NCBI GenBank assembly: GCA_051530055.1
Contig: CM121342.1
Coordinates: forward strand, 5,579,489 to 5,643,488
DNA from: Neoechinorhynchus agilis
Taxonomy: Eukaryota; Animalia; Acanthocephala
Reading direction: 5' to 3'
DNA: 64,000 nucleotides
Shown here: piece after piece, positions 48,977 through 60,169 of the stretch
How positions within the stretch are numbered: the stretch's first letter is position 1
Layout of the letters: each line of letters opens with the position of its first letter
Notes under the pieces: generated by a model
The model's input: only the letters and a program-made list of their open reading frames with translations
What the model was told of the DNA's origin: nothing
The model's database searches: none
Program-made: the position numbers and the translations under genes

Positions 48977-49748
48977 CCTTCAAATACGTACTTCTGACAA
49001 ACGTTCTATGCTTTCCGTTCTACTCAAGGAATTACTCATTACTTTAAAAACTGTTTTACTTACTTGTCGTTTATATGGCCGAGGAGACAGCTAAATTTAT
49101 CGAGAGAAAAAACGAATGTGCTTTTTTTTTGAAAACAACCCCTTTCCCTCAGTGTAACACAATTAACATTAAAACATAATGTGATTGTGAGCGTATATTT
49201 TGCTCCGTATCGCAAAATAAGATCCATTCAAGAAAGTTTAGGACTAAGTTCACGGTTTTTTTGCAAATGTCAACAAAAAAACACCCCCACGAGCGGATCC
49301 TTTTAAAACAGGACGTATTAATAGTTTGCAGTTTCAAGAGCCGGTTAAAAATACAAACGCCTCAATCCGTCGTTCTACTTCTTTTTTTATAACCTCTAGT
49401 GCTGTCGGATCAAGCACTGCAGAATTTTTAACCTTGGAAAATGGTTGGTCGCAAACCAGCAATATTATTAGAGATTTAGAAAGGGCAAATGCTGGGTTCT
49501 CAAGGCTCCTTTATTTTTCCATTTCGGAATTTTGAGAGCTTCTATATATAGTTTTAAATCCCTAACTCTGTGCGACACGAGCGAAAAGTAATATCAAATA
49601 CCGAATACCCATTTTTGCCGGTGTGCCATAATGTTTAAACAAAACAATTTTTATCAAGTATCAATGTGCGGGTTACCGAGTCTTCAAAAATAGAAAAATT
49701 CAATGGCCTTGGATTAACAAACTCAAAAAACTGACTGAGTTTGACGTT

Positions 49749-49945
49749 CCGTAGTTGTTTCGAGGTGGTCAAGTGGACTAAGGCTCCAGATTCCAGTTAG
49801 TTGGGTCAGCGGGTTCGAATCCACTGTCGCCAGAGGGAGAAACAATCAAAAGGGACGAAATATCTCGTTGAAGGGAGAACTCGCTGATGACAATCGTCTC
49901 TTCGGGAGGTATCTGAGGATCTGGAGGCGTTCAGGGGTGATTTTA
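49749..49945 (+). ncRNA. tRNA-headed SINE-like element with hammerhead-like core, copy A
   Basis: A box tggtcaagtgg, B box ggttcgaatcc; gggacGAAA 49852-60; CTGATGA 49884-90; ggaggtaTC 49905-13; TTTT 49941-44. Confidence 0.65.
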
Positions 49946-50170
49946 TGCGTTTCGCTGAACCAGATCGGTGGGTTGTGTGCCCAATGAAAAATAATCAGCC
50001 GTGGAAAAAGGCAGCACATTGGTGCTGAATAAAAGTTACCGCCTTCAAAAATGAGTTTTGATTGAACGAATGAACATGCTATTTTCTTTTTAAAGAAAAC
50101 AACATTTCCAACGAGCTCATTGCTATGGAAACTACAGTAAATACAAAAAGACGAACGCAAAACCTTTAAA

Positions 50171-50575
50171 ATGGGGCAGTCGGTGGTCAGTTTTGCATGT
50201 GTGCTGGATCGTTTTAGCGTTAATGAAAACAATTCGTGCCTAACGAGCTGCAAGAAGAAAAAGAACGATTTTAAAAGAAAATCCTCGGAGGTACTACCGG
50301 TTGATGAGTTCATTACTGAACATTCAACAATGCTCGTGAAACGGCATGTTCCTACGGATTGTCTATACTCTCAACCATTCTCATTTGTGTGGGATTTAAA
50401 AGGACACGAACGAGACAAAGAACAAGACACTGCTTCTGAAGTGATTCCACCATTAAAAGTACCGATCACGAAATTGATGGATGTTCGTTACGATGCGAAA
50501 GTGCGATACAAGAAATTCCTGAGTTACGAGCGAGGTGTCCTTAGGATAGAAAATAAACCTGTCGAATTTAGTTAG
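50171..50575 (+). CDS. Hypothetical protein
   Basis: ATG-initiated 134-aa ORF with protein-like composition in its 3' half; no family recognised. Confidence 0.3.
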   Translation: MGQSVVSFACVLDRFSVNENNSCLTSCKKKKNDFKRKSSEVLPVDEFITEHSTMLVKRHVPTDCLYSQPFSFVWDLKGHERDKEQDTASEVIPPLKVPITKLMDVRYDAKVRYKKFLSYERGVLRIENKPVEFS

Positions 50576-50703
50576 TAATAAATGGCTTTTTTTAGCGTAC
50601 GCTCAGTTCGGATAACTTAAGAAGATTTGATCGACTCAAACAATTTTCGAAAAAAATGATCAACTCACAATAAGAAGACTGCTCACAAAAACTGTTCGGT
50701 GGT

Positions 50704-53700
50704 CTAGTCCGAATCTTCAAACCTAATCACCTTTGGATTGTCTATCGGCTCATTAATATTGATTTTCAACTTTCGTTTCTTAGACCGCGAGTCCCTCAGA
50801 CTTCCACATTTGATGAAAACGTCCGGTCGTGATAGCAATCCAAGTGAAAGTGCTACGTGACTGAACACGAGATTTCCTATATTACAAACGTCTTTTAAAG
50901 GATGTGCACTGTATTGCAGAATAATCATTTCATATAGTTTTAGAGCCATTGTTTTAGCTTCCTCTAGGCTTTCGACATAATCCACAATACGCTTCATGTG
51001 AGTAACATCAATTGGCACAATAATTTCCTCTAAGACAATCTGCGATTCGTTCTTTAAATACTCGACCATCTCCATTTCGCAATGCTGTAAGAAAATAACC
51101 GACTCTCCTGGCGCACCAGCTCGTCCACACCGTCCAGTCTTCTCGACGTAATCTGAATTATTCCTTGGAACATCGAAATGTACGACAACGTCCAGTTCTG
51201 GCATATCAAGACCAAATGAAGCAACATCGGTGGCAAGCAGGAACTTTACTTTGGATTTACGAAATCTGAAAAATACTCGAGTCTTTTCACGAGTATCCAT
51301 TTCACCCCGCAATTGCATCCCGTGAAGATTGAACACGCCGCTTAAAATGAGCTGGTAAAATTTTACGATTGCATTTGAGGCCATGAACACGAGCACCTTT
51401 TTCCCTTCGTTAGAATATTTAGTGAGTAAGGACACAAGTGTCAATAAACGCGTTTTAAATTGTACTCTAAAATGAACCTTTGAGGATTCAACGATAGATC
51501 GATGGTAGCAGATTTGTAGAGAAAATTAGAGGAATTAAATGAAGGGCGAAAATGGGTATGAAATGCCGAAGAGTCCCAGATAGCAAGACGAGAAAAGAAA
51601 CATCTAAGCGTATTTTTAACAAAGAAATATTCTGCTTAAATCCTCAAAGCTTCAATTTACAATATCGCCCAATTATCGAAGGTGGAAGTCGAGTGCGTTT
51701 AGATACGCAAAACTTCTTAAATTGTGCAATATGTGAGAAACGCAGTGTAAATGCTTCAATTTCATCGGTCACCTTGACGGATACCAGCACGACTTGCTTT
51801 GGTTTCGATCTGAATAATCGCATTATCTCGTCGATTTCGTCCAAATGCCCTCGATTGATTACGTGTTCTACCTCATCGATCACCAAAAGCTCGATATTCT
51901 CATAGTCCCAATCTTCAGTGTTTTGTAAGTGATGTAACAATCGTCCGGGAGTTGCCGTAACCACAACGCATCCTTTTTGGAGTTGCTTCTTTTCATCGCT
52001 ATAAGAAGCAGCGTTCACGAGGGCGCAATGAGAGCGACCATGAGCGAGTGCCAGTTCACTTAATCGTGGTAGTATCCACGTGCATAGACGAAGAAAATTG
52101 GGACTTTAGGAATTTTACTATGTCCTGAAGACTGTCTCTTGCAGTTCTTTGCCATACTGGCCAATCTTCTCGGATATCATTCTCACAGGTGCTCCTGCAC
52201 GAAACCGATATACCTCGATCGGACAGATTCTCACCAAAACATACTTCCCCCCCAACGAACTGACATATTCTCACCCAAATGGATATCCCCCGGACGGACA
52301 GATTGCCACCTAACCGGACATCCTTCAGACCGGACAGATTCTCACCCGAATAGACATCCCCGAACGGACAGATTGCCACCCGAATGAACACCCTTCGAAT
52401 GGATATTCTCACCCAAACGGACAGATTCTCACCCGAACGGACTTTCCTCGAATGGATATCCTCCTAACGGTCATCCTTCCAACCGGACATTCTCGCCCGA
52501 ATGGACATCCCTCCGAACAGACATCCTTCCAACCCCTCGGATTCCTAACCGAATAGATATTTTCACCCGAACGGACTTCCCTCGAATGGGCATCCCTCCG
52601 AACGGGCATTCCCACCCGACCGTACGGATTCTCAACCGAATGGATATCCTCCGAATGGATATTCTCACCCAAACGGACAGATTCTCACCCGAACGGATTT
52701 CCCTCAAATGGATATCCTCCTAACGGTCATCCTTCCAACCGGGCATTCTCACCCGAATGGACATCCCTCGGAACGGACATCCTTCCAACCGCTCGGATTC
52801 CCAACCGAATAGATATTTTCACCCGAACGGACTTCCCTCGAATGGGCATCCCTCCGAACGGGCATTCCCACCCGACCGTACGGATTCTCAACCGAATGGA
52901 TATTCTCACCCGAACGGACTTCCCTCGAATGGATATCCCTCCGAACGGGCATTCCCACCCGACCGTACGGATTCTCAACCGAATGGATATTCTCACCCGA
53001 CCGGACAGATTCTCAACCAAACGGACTTCCCTCGAATGGGCATCCCTCCGAACAGGCAGTTCCACCCGACCGTACAGATTCTCACCCGACCGGACAGATT
53101 CTCAACCAAACGGACTTCCCTCGAATGGATATCCCTCCGAACGGGCACTCCCACCCGACCGTACGGATTCTCACCCGACCGTACGGATTCTCACCGACCG
53201 GACAGATTCTCAACCAAACGGACTTCCCTCGAATGGGCATCCCTCCGAACGGGCACTCCCACCCGACCGTACGGATTCTCACCCGACCGGACAGATTCTC
53301 AACCAAACGGACTTCCCTCGAATGGGCATCCCTCCGAACGGGCACTCCCACCCGACCGTACGGATTCTCACCCAAACGGACAGATTCTCACGCGAACGGA
53401 CTTCCCTCGAATGGATATCCCTCCGAACGGGCACTCCCACCCGACCGTACGGATTCTCACCCAAACGGACAGATTCTCAACCAAACGGACTTCCCTCGAA
53501 TGGGCATCCCTCCGAACGGGCATTCCCACCCGACCGGACAGATTCTCACCCGAATGGATCCGATTTTTTTGAGCAACTTTGAACTCGAGTGCTTCTGAGG
53601 ACTCAAAATAAATAAGGGTTCTATTCTTCGTGTATTTTATAAAAGTGTAATTATAAACTTTTAGGAAGCACGTGGAAATAGCCAGCTTACAAGATCGGCT

Positions 53701-54065
53701 ACTTGAAGACACGATTCTCTACTCGGGCTAATAATTATAGCACCCGTTCCACTTTGGTGCTTAAATCGAATCAATCGAAGCCGTTCAAATATCGGTAGGA
53801 CATATGAGAGCGTCTTCCCACTTCCAGTGAACGACGAGATGAACACGGAGGATCCAGCACAGAGGTGAGGTATAGTCCATGCTTGTACCTTCGTCAACTT
53901 CTTGAATATTTTCATTTTGTTTAGATGATCGAGAGTTTTTGAAGACACGAAACTTGATAAATCCGCGAATGTAAATTTAGAGAAAATGCTGTTTGATAGT
54001 CGAGTATCTTCTTTTCTTACTTTTTCGAAAAACTCTCTTATAACATCGATTTCTGGTGCATTCAT
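50704..54065 (-). CDS. DDX18: DDX18/HAS1-like DEAD-box helicase with degenerate motifs
   Basis: LTKVQ, TGSGKTL, RLIRFKHQSGTGAIIISPSRE, ATPGRLLHHLQNT, LLATDVASFGLDMP; C-terminal YSAHPLKDVCNIGNL...VALSLG matches the HAS1-specific extension; first junction unresolved. Confidence 0.8.
52190..53565. repeat. Complex minisatellite (15-20-bp diverged subunits in ~70-bp higher-order units) in DDX18 intron
   Basis: Mixed ttccctcgaatgggc / atccctccgaacgggc / attcccacccgaccgtacgg / attctcacccgaacggac; an isolated related monomer at ~35727-35756. Confidence 0.95.
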
Positions 54066-54257
54066 TATTTTCTCTAGAATCAACGGAACATTATGTTAAG
54101 AATTCAATCGTTCGTCTTCTCTCTCTCTCGCAAATACTCTTGAGAAAAATTAAAAAGATAAAATCTCCATTGTTTCTAGACGATAAAGAGAAAGAATCCG
54201 TGTCGTTTGTGGAGCTTAAGATGTAAGCAAGAATCTCCCGGTTTCTGGGAAAATTCT

Positions 54258-54338
54258 CGACGAGGGTGGGATTCGAACCCACGCGGGATAACCCATTAGA
54301 TTAGCAGTCTAACGCCTTAACCGCTCGGCCACCTCGTC
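54258..54338 (-). tRNA. tRNA-Ser(GCT)
   Basis: GACGAGG/CCTCGTC acceptor stem, TTAGA-CTGCTAA-TCTAA anticodon arm, long variable arm, GTGGG-TTCGAAT-CCCAC T arm, TTTT terminator ~5 nt downstream. Confidence 0.95.
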
Positions 54339-54389
54339 CGAAGTGGAAACGAAAATATCAATGTGTCGCCTATTATGAGACGGCTGTTT

Positions 54390-54551
54390 CCCGATCCTCG
54401 GATACCTCCGGGAGGCGGGACTCATCGGTGAGTTTTCTCTTCCCTTCAAGGAGGTATTTCGTCCCCTTTTTGGTGGTAACGGATTCGAACCACCAGACCT
54501 TAATCGGGATCACGGGCATTAGTCCACTTGACCACCTCGACCCAACTACGG
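54390..54551 (-). ncRNA. tRNA-headed SINE-like element with hammerhead-like core, copy B
   Basis: Aligns to copy A; gggacGAAAtacctcc...ctcaCCGATGAgtccc...ggaggtaTCcgag; stem II 5 bp, stem III 8 bp; TTTT at 54352-55. Confidence 0.7.
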
Positions 54552-54839
54552 GACAGCTGTGTGATAATAGGCCACACATCGATATAAGTTACCGGCTGGC
54601 CAATCTTCATTCGTCGTTTCGCCTTAAATGTTAATGGCCAGCCGGGTAGAAATTAAAATGATTTTTAAAATCCGATATTTCGGCGCAATCTTGTACGCTT
54701 TTATCAAGGTTGTTTGAAAGTAAATGAAAAGAAACTCTTTTAGGACATCGCTTGCTCGGCTTTTAAGTTTTCCTTTTTAGCATGAAGCCACACCGATCTC
54801 TTACATCTCAAAAACTTACGGTTATGAGTTTGTTGTTGT

Positions 54840-55021
54840 ACGACCTCTCGAGGAAGCTCGACCCATCAGTGAGTTTCCTCTTTCCTTCATCGAGGTATTT
54901 CGTCCCGGAATCGAACCCATCCACCCTGAAACAGGCAGGGAGAGGGTTCGAATCACTAAGGCCATCCAATCTAACTTTGAAAGACAAAGCATTCGGTCCA
55001 CTTGGGCACAAACGGATTACG
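54840..55021 (-). ncRNA. tRNA-headed SINE-like element with hammerhead-like core, copy C (most degenerate)
   Basis: caagtggac head, ggttcgattcc, gggacGAAAtacctcg...ctcaCTGATGggtc. Confidence 0.55.
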
Positions 55022-55212
55022 TCGTCCTGTGAGAAGTATTCGAGATAAAAACTCTTCTACTGTGAGATATCCTAGTCAATCTTCAAGACTCAAACGGTGG
55101 CACAAACAACTTTGGAGAATTTTTCCTACGGCAATCTGAAATCGGTTCGTAGTCCAATACAAAATTTACCATTCTTATAGTTGTGTCTTTGATTTCAATC
55201 GGGGGGAATTCC

Positions 55213-55368
55213 AATTTATTGATAGTTGCAACCTTATTAACCTCCCCGATGACTGATTTGTACGAATTTTCGTCTGCTTGCAGACCTCTTCAGGTATTGT
55301 TTCCGAGACGAAAATTCGTACAAATCAGTCATCGGGGAGGTCAATAAGGTTGCAACTACCAATAAATT
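55213..55368. repeat. 63-bp-arm inverted repeat with 30-nt loop
   Basis: 55213-55275 vs 55306-55368, two transition mismatches. Confidence 0.9.
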
Positions 55369-56206
55369 CTATTAGTTCTATTGAAAGGGGAGTAAAAATT
55401 CGAAGTAGCGCTTAAATACGCAATTTTTTAAAATTAAAGAAACGGAACTTAATCGTGGCTTGCACTGTCGTTTTAAAAAATTTTGCTCGACAAGCTTCTT
55501 AATTTAAATTGCTTTTTTTTGACTGGTTACATTTTTTATTATTTTCTTTAAAAAATTAAACCTTAGTAAATGAAACCCTAGATTTTGCCAAGTGCTACGT
55601 TGAGAGTTAGCTTTAGAAATCCAATGGCGTTTGTACATTTATGGTTTCAATATTAAAATTCATCTTCATGCCGGAGCACTACAAGGAAATCAATTTACTA
55701 ACGATTGATGTTTACGGGGACTTTTATGATTAACTGACAAGTCTTTTCGGCTAAGATCGATTTTTTTCGATCACGAAGAAACCACCTACGAATTTAGAAA
55801 TAAGCGATTTTATTGACCCCTTTGCCAAAAGAAGGCTTTAATATTCGATAACGTAAAAAGTGATCACTGCAAAAAGGTTTATGTATATTTACGTACTTTT
55901 GAGAAGTTGGAAATTACATAGAAATTGGCTAGCACAAAAGTTGGTTGGTTTAGGGAAATGAATTTTGAAGTACCGAGAAAATGATGGGGAAAATAGAAAA
56001 AATTAAAATAACGATTGCTACTAACAAAAATTTATTTTCCTGATTTTGAGATAATCGTTGTTAGGTACTCGAACTGAAGTGATCGGAAGTCTTAAATTTG
56101 TGGAGACGGAATTCTATTGGCTGGCGTAAAGTTAGGTTGACCAATAAACATCGAAAGCCTAAAAAATTTAAAATCAGTTAGTTTTTTCTCACAAACATAT
56201 TTTAAT

Positions 56207-56846
56207 CTAATATTGTTTCTTATCCACGTCATGTTCACAATCTTCCGTTTTTTTCTGTGCTTGTTTTTCGCTCTTGCGAAATCTCGCTCTTCTGTTCTGG
56301 AACCAGACCTAAATCTAATTGAATAACATAAATTATCCGCATTTAAGTACCTGAACTCTTCCTTCGGTCAGCTCTAGTATTTGGGCAAGTTCTTCTCTCA
56401 TGTAAAAATCAGGGTAGTGTGTTTGTCTAAATGCACTTTCAAGGTATCTAAGTTGATGGACAGAGTACGTTGTCCTGACTCTCCTTTGTTTTCTTCGACT
56501 ATTCTGGCCCTGAGCTAAATTCAGCGAAAATTAAAAAAAATTGTTTCTAAAGGGTATTACCGAGTGCAGAAGTAAGTGAGTGCGATTGACTTAAGTCAAA
56601 CGACGAGTACTGGGAAGGATAGCTTGTAAATTCGCGATAAAGCGCTTGATTTGATTGTGGAGGAACTGTTGGATATGCAACGTTCGTAAGGGTGTGATGG
56701 AACCGCTCAAAATGAGCTACAGCGGCACGGACGGCAGCCCCTGGTTGAACCGCGATGTATCCATTTCCACTTGAATCGCCTTGGCAGCACTGTTGCTGAA
56801 ATGGTCTTTGAGATTGCTGACTGTAGTACACTGGGTGCAAATTCAT
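56207..56846 (-). CDS. PHOX2: PRD-class Q50 homeobox gene, Phox2-like, 3 exons
   Basis: Exons 56846-56561, 56514-56351, 56308-56207, GT-AG and phase-compatible; [48 protein letters not shown]|[15 protein letters not shown] with the PRD-typical intron between residues 46 and 47. PRD class is firm; Phox2 rather than Drgx is tentative. Confidence 0.85.
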
Positions 56847-57898
56847 TTTAGACAAAATCGAGTTTCTTCTCCCTTTGCACTATTTATACACATATCTTCG
56901 CCTTTACGCCACCGAATTAGATTTCTGAAATCGAGGAAGCTTAGACGAGTACTGTGTTGACACACCTCCTTAGAGATTTTTCAAGATTTTTTGAGTAGCT
57001 CTCTCAAAGGTTCACGTGTCAATATTGACTTTCCTTCAGACTTAATCATTTGGATTTTACTGCTCCGTCCCACGATTTGCACAATCTCACGAGATTCTAT
57101 ATCAAATTCGGTGTCGCTGTTTAGACGCGTGTTGTCATCCAGCGACAAGTGATCCAATCAACAGCATTTATGACTAAGCGAATTGATCGAGGTTTCTATT
57201 GCAATTGTTCAATCTACACTTTATGCATTGTTGCACAATGCTCATGGAATTGATGGTATTTTACGTTCATATGATGATTTGAATACGACTTCTAAATACT
57301 TTATTAGAAAAACGTGCAAAAGCCTTGCTTAGATGCATTCATTTTTCTAACTTTAAAACTCGAGACAGTTTGTTGTTGAACGACGAATTTGTAATACGAA
57401 AAGGATTATTCAGTGCATTGTTTACTTCGTGTTGTTAGGTTGAACGATTCAAAATGTTTGAACCTTCTATTTCTAAAAAGTCTTACTGGCTCGGACAATA
57501 TTGGTTAAACTATAATAATTCTGTCAAAAGAATTCATTTCTTTTTATTGCCGATTTGTATTCAGATCTTCGATTCTCGTTTGAAATGGTTCGAGCGTCTC
57601 ATATCGAATAAAGTAGATAATCTATCTTATGGCCTTATCTTGAAAACCCTTGACAAATGCCATTTCAAAATTGCTTGGAAACTTATATTAAAAATGGATT
57701 TTCTTTTGATTCCAACTTGTCTCGTTTGATCGCAATTCTCCCAAATTGCCGGTTATGAAAGTGTTTTTTCGCAAAAAATTATGGTAAAATCGAACAATTG
57801 GCCCCAAGAAAACTTGCCAACTAAGTTTATTGAAATATATCGCTCTTTATATTTAAAAAGAGCAATAATTCCGCTCTACTCTGCTGTCCATTTGAACT

Positions 57899-58276
57899 TT
57901 AGGACAGCAACTGAATGGCACCCGGGATAACAATTGCGAATGCCCATACAATCGGTTTAGCCATGAACGATCCACGAGTACATCCATTAGTTGGTGATGC
58001 TGTTGGTGGTGTTGGCGCTGGTACATCCAATCCACCCCGATTTTCGAATTCATTACGTTGACGGAGGTTTCTGGCTTCATTCGACTTAGCACTTCTATCT
58101 TCTAGCGGATGTGCAGACCTCTCACCGATACCATCATCTGAATCGTCTTCATGGTAATGATCTCTATTGCCTTTTTCCGAGTGATCATCTTCAACGCCTG
58201 AACTGTTGTCATCATCACTATTGACCTCCGTTTGTCGTTCATCTTCAAATCCTTGGTTCTCCGTCAAATCGTCCAT
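57899..58276 (-). CDS. Hypothetical acidic protein with a C-terminal hydrophobic segment
   Basis: ATG-initiated D/E-rich ORF ending IVWAFAIVIPGAIQLLS; no family recognised. Confidence 0.4.
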   Translation of the reverse strand: MDDLTENQGFEDERQTEVNSDDDNSSGVEDDHSEKGNRDHYHEDDSDDGIGERSAHPLEDRSAKSNEARNLRQRNEFENRGGLDVPAPTPPTASPTNGCTRGSFMAKPIVWAFAIVIPGAIQLLS

Positions 58277-60169
58277 TTTGCTACAATTAATTAGTGCAAC
58301 TATACCAAAAGGAATGTATTTTTCAGGAGCAAGAAATTCTACTTACAGATTAATAACGTAAAGAACAGAAAAGCCTTCATTGCTTGAGTTGATTGATCTA
58401 CGGAGAAAAGAGCAAAGTTGCAAGCAAAGAGGAGGTGAATATGATTCTATGGAGCGAAAATGCGGTCTTAAATACTCAAGATGTTTACAAGCATTCAAAG
58501 GTATTGTTTGAATGTTTTTGAGTGAAATGTTTGTTTTGCCGATCCCAAAATTTGATAACCATGAGCAAAACTCGTCTACAAATTATTTTTTACTAAAATA
58601 TGATACCAAAATTAATAATAATGCTCAATAATGATAACTTAAGGTTACTTTGACCCAAAAAATATTTCACACAGCTCTGATAGAAATAAAATCTTATATT
58701 CTTCAAAATAGTAAAGAACTAAACTGCTTGTGATTCTAATCAATGCGAAAACTTAGATATTCCGTAATGAAAAATTCATAAAGTCAATGAGTGTTTATTT
58801 GTTCATGTGAAGCTTTCGAAATGCGCCTCAATTTAATATTGATTACATTTCGTGATTGGTTTTTAATTTAAAAAGTTAATTTGTGTTTCCATAAAATATA
58901 TTTTTCGTCTCTAACTTTGACCTGAATTGAACCACATCGAATGAATTTTCATGATCCTAAGACGAAAAAGTTTATTTAACGATATAAAATTCCATTGGCG
59001 TTTGCAGAATCCGAGTTCTGCCAAAGCGGTGATATCTTTCCTTAGCGTTTATGGGGATTTATAAGTCTGTAATGTTTTTCCGAAAAAAGTGTTAGTATCA
59101 CTCATGGAATCCGATGTATAGAAACCAAAAATATTATTTTTAGCGAATCAGATGCTGCGCAAGGGTTGTATGTTTTTTTATTAAAATGGAGATTTATTTT
59201 ATTTTGTTTTGTTCGAGTGGAGAAAGTAATTAAATTTAATTAAATTAAATATTTCGATCCTCTATCTCGGATCTTCTTCAGTATCTTAAAAACACAAACA
59301 GGGATTGTCAATCACTCAGTGTCTAATAATATCCGGCGGAAGTCTCAATCTCAGCTTGAAATCCGACTTGTTGCCATTGAACGTTTCGAAAGCATCTATG
59401 TAGAGGGCTTAACAAATTACTGACTTCATTGTTCGCAGGAAACCACTTGGAAGCTTTGCTAAGGAAGTTATGAAGCCACGCCGTCGTCCACTTTGATTAA
59501 GCAAATAAACTCTTGAAATTTATGAACCGCTTTTTTAGTTATGGCGATCGAATATTTGGAATCAGCGGGTCGAGATGGACACAACCTGGAGGTAACGGAA
59601 ATTTTGACTGACAGAATTGAAAATCACGTATTTAACTTTACGTACACATCAAAATGCTTTAGTTGTGGGTTATCTGAGGACATTTCAAAAGGCTTGTAAG
59701 TTAGATGGACACTTGAAACACTGATCTACCGTGAAATCGAATACTCACCTTTGACGTAAATATACAGCCTAAACAAAGAACGTCTTTTAAACTAGATTCC
59801 GTTTATTACAATTAATTGCGAGTTGTTTTTAAATCGATGTGAACTAAACGGTCTTAACGCATTTGCATTGAAGTGTTTTTGTATGGACGCAAATAACGCA
59901 GAAACTTGGGTATTTTTATCTTTGTAAATCTTTATAAATTCAAAAACCTCCAACTAAAACAAGAGCTGGATGAACAGAAAATCATAGCGAGAATCTAGGC
60001 TTATGGTAAAGTGCCGAGACGTCAAGTCCATTTAAAATTCTAATCGAACATGATTAAAGATTGTATTTCGAAAAAAAGAATGATTAAATTGAGATGCTGA
60101 AACGTTGAGTGGAACGCTTCTAACGAATCTTTACGAGATTTTCTTACTAAAGATTGACCTCCTGGTTCT

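Noticed and set aside
52056-53712. Many overlapping ORFs up to 271 aa
   Set aside because: Products of the minisatellite, open in several frames on both strands.
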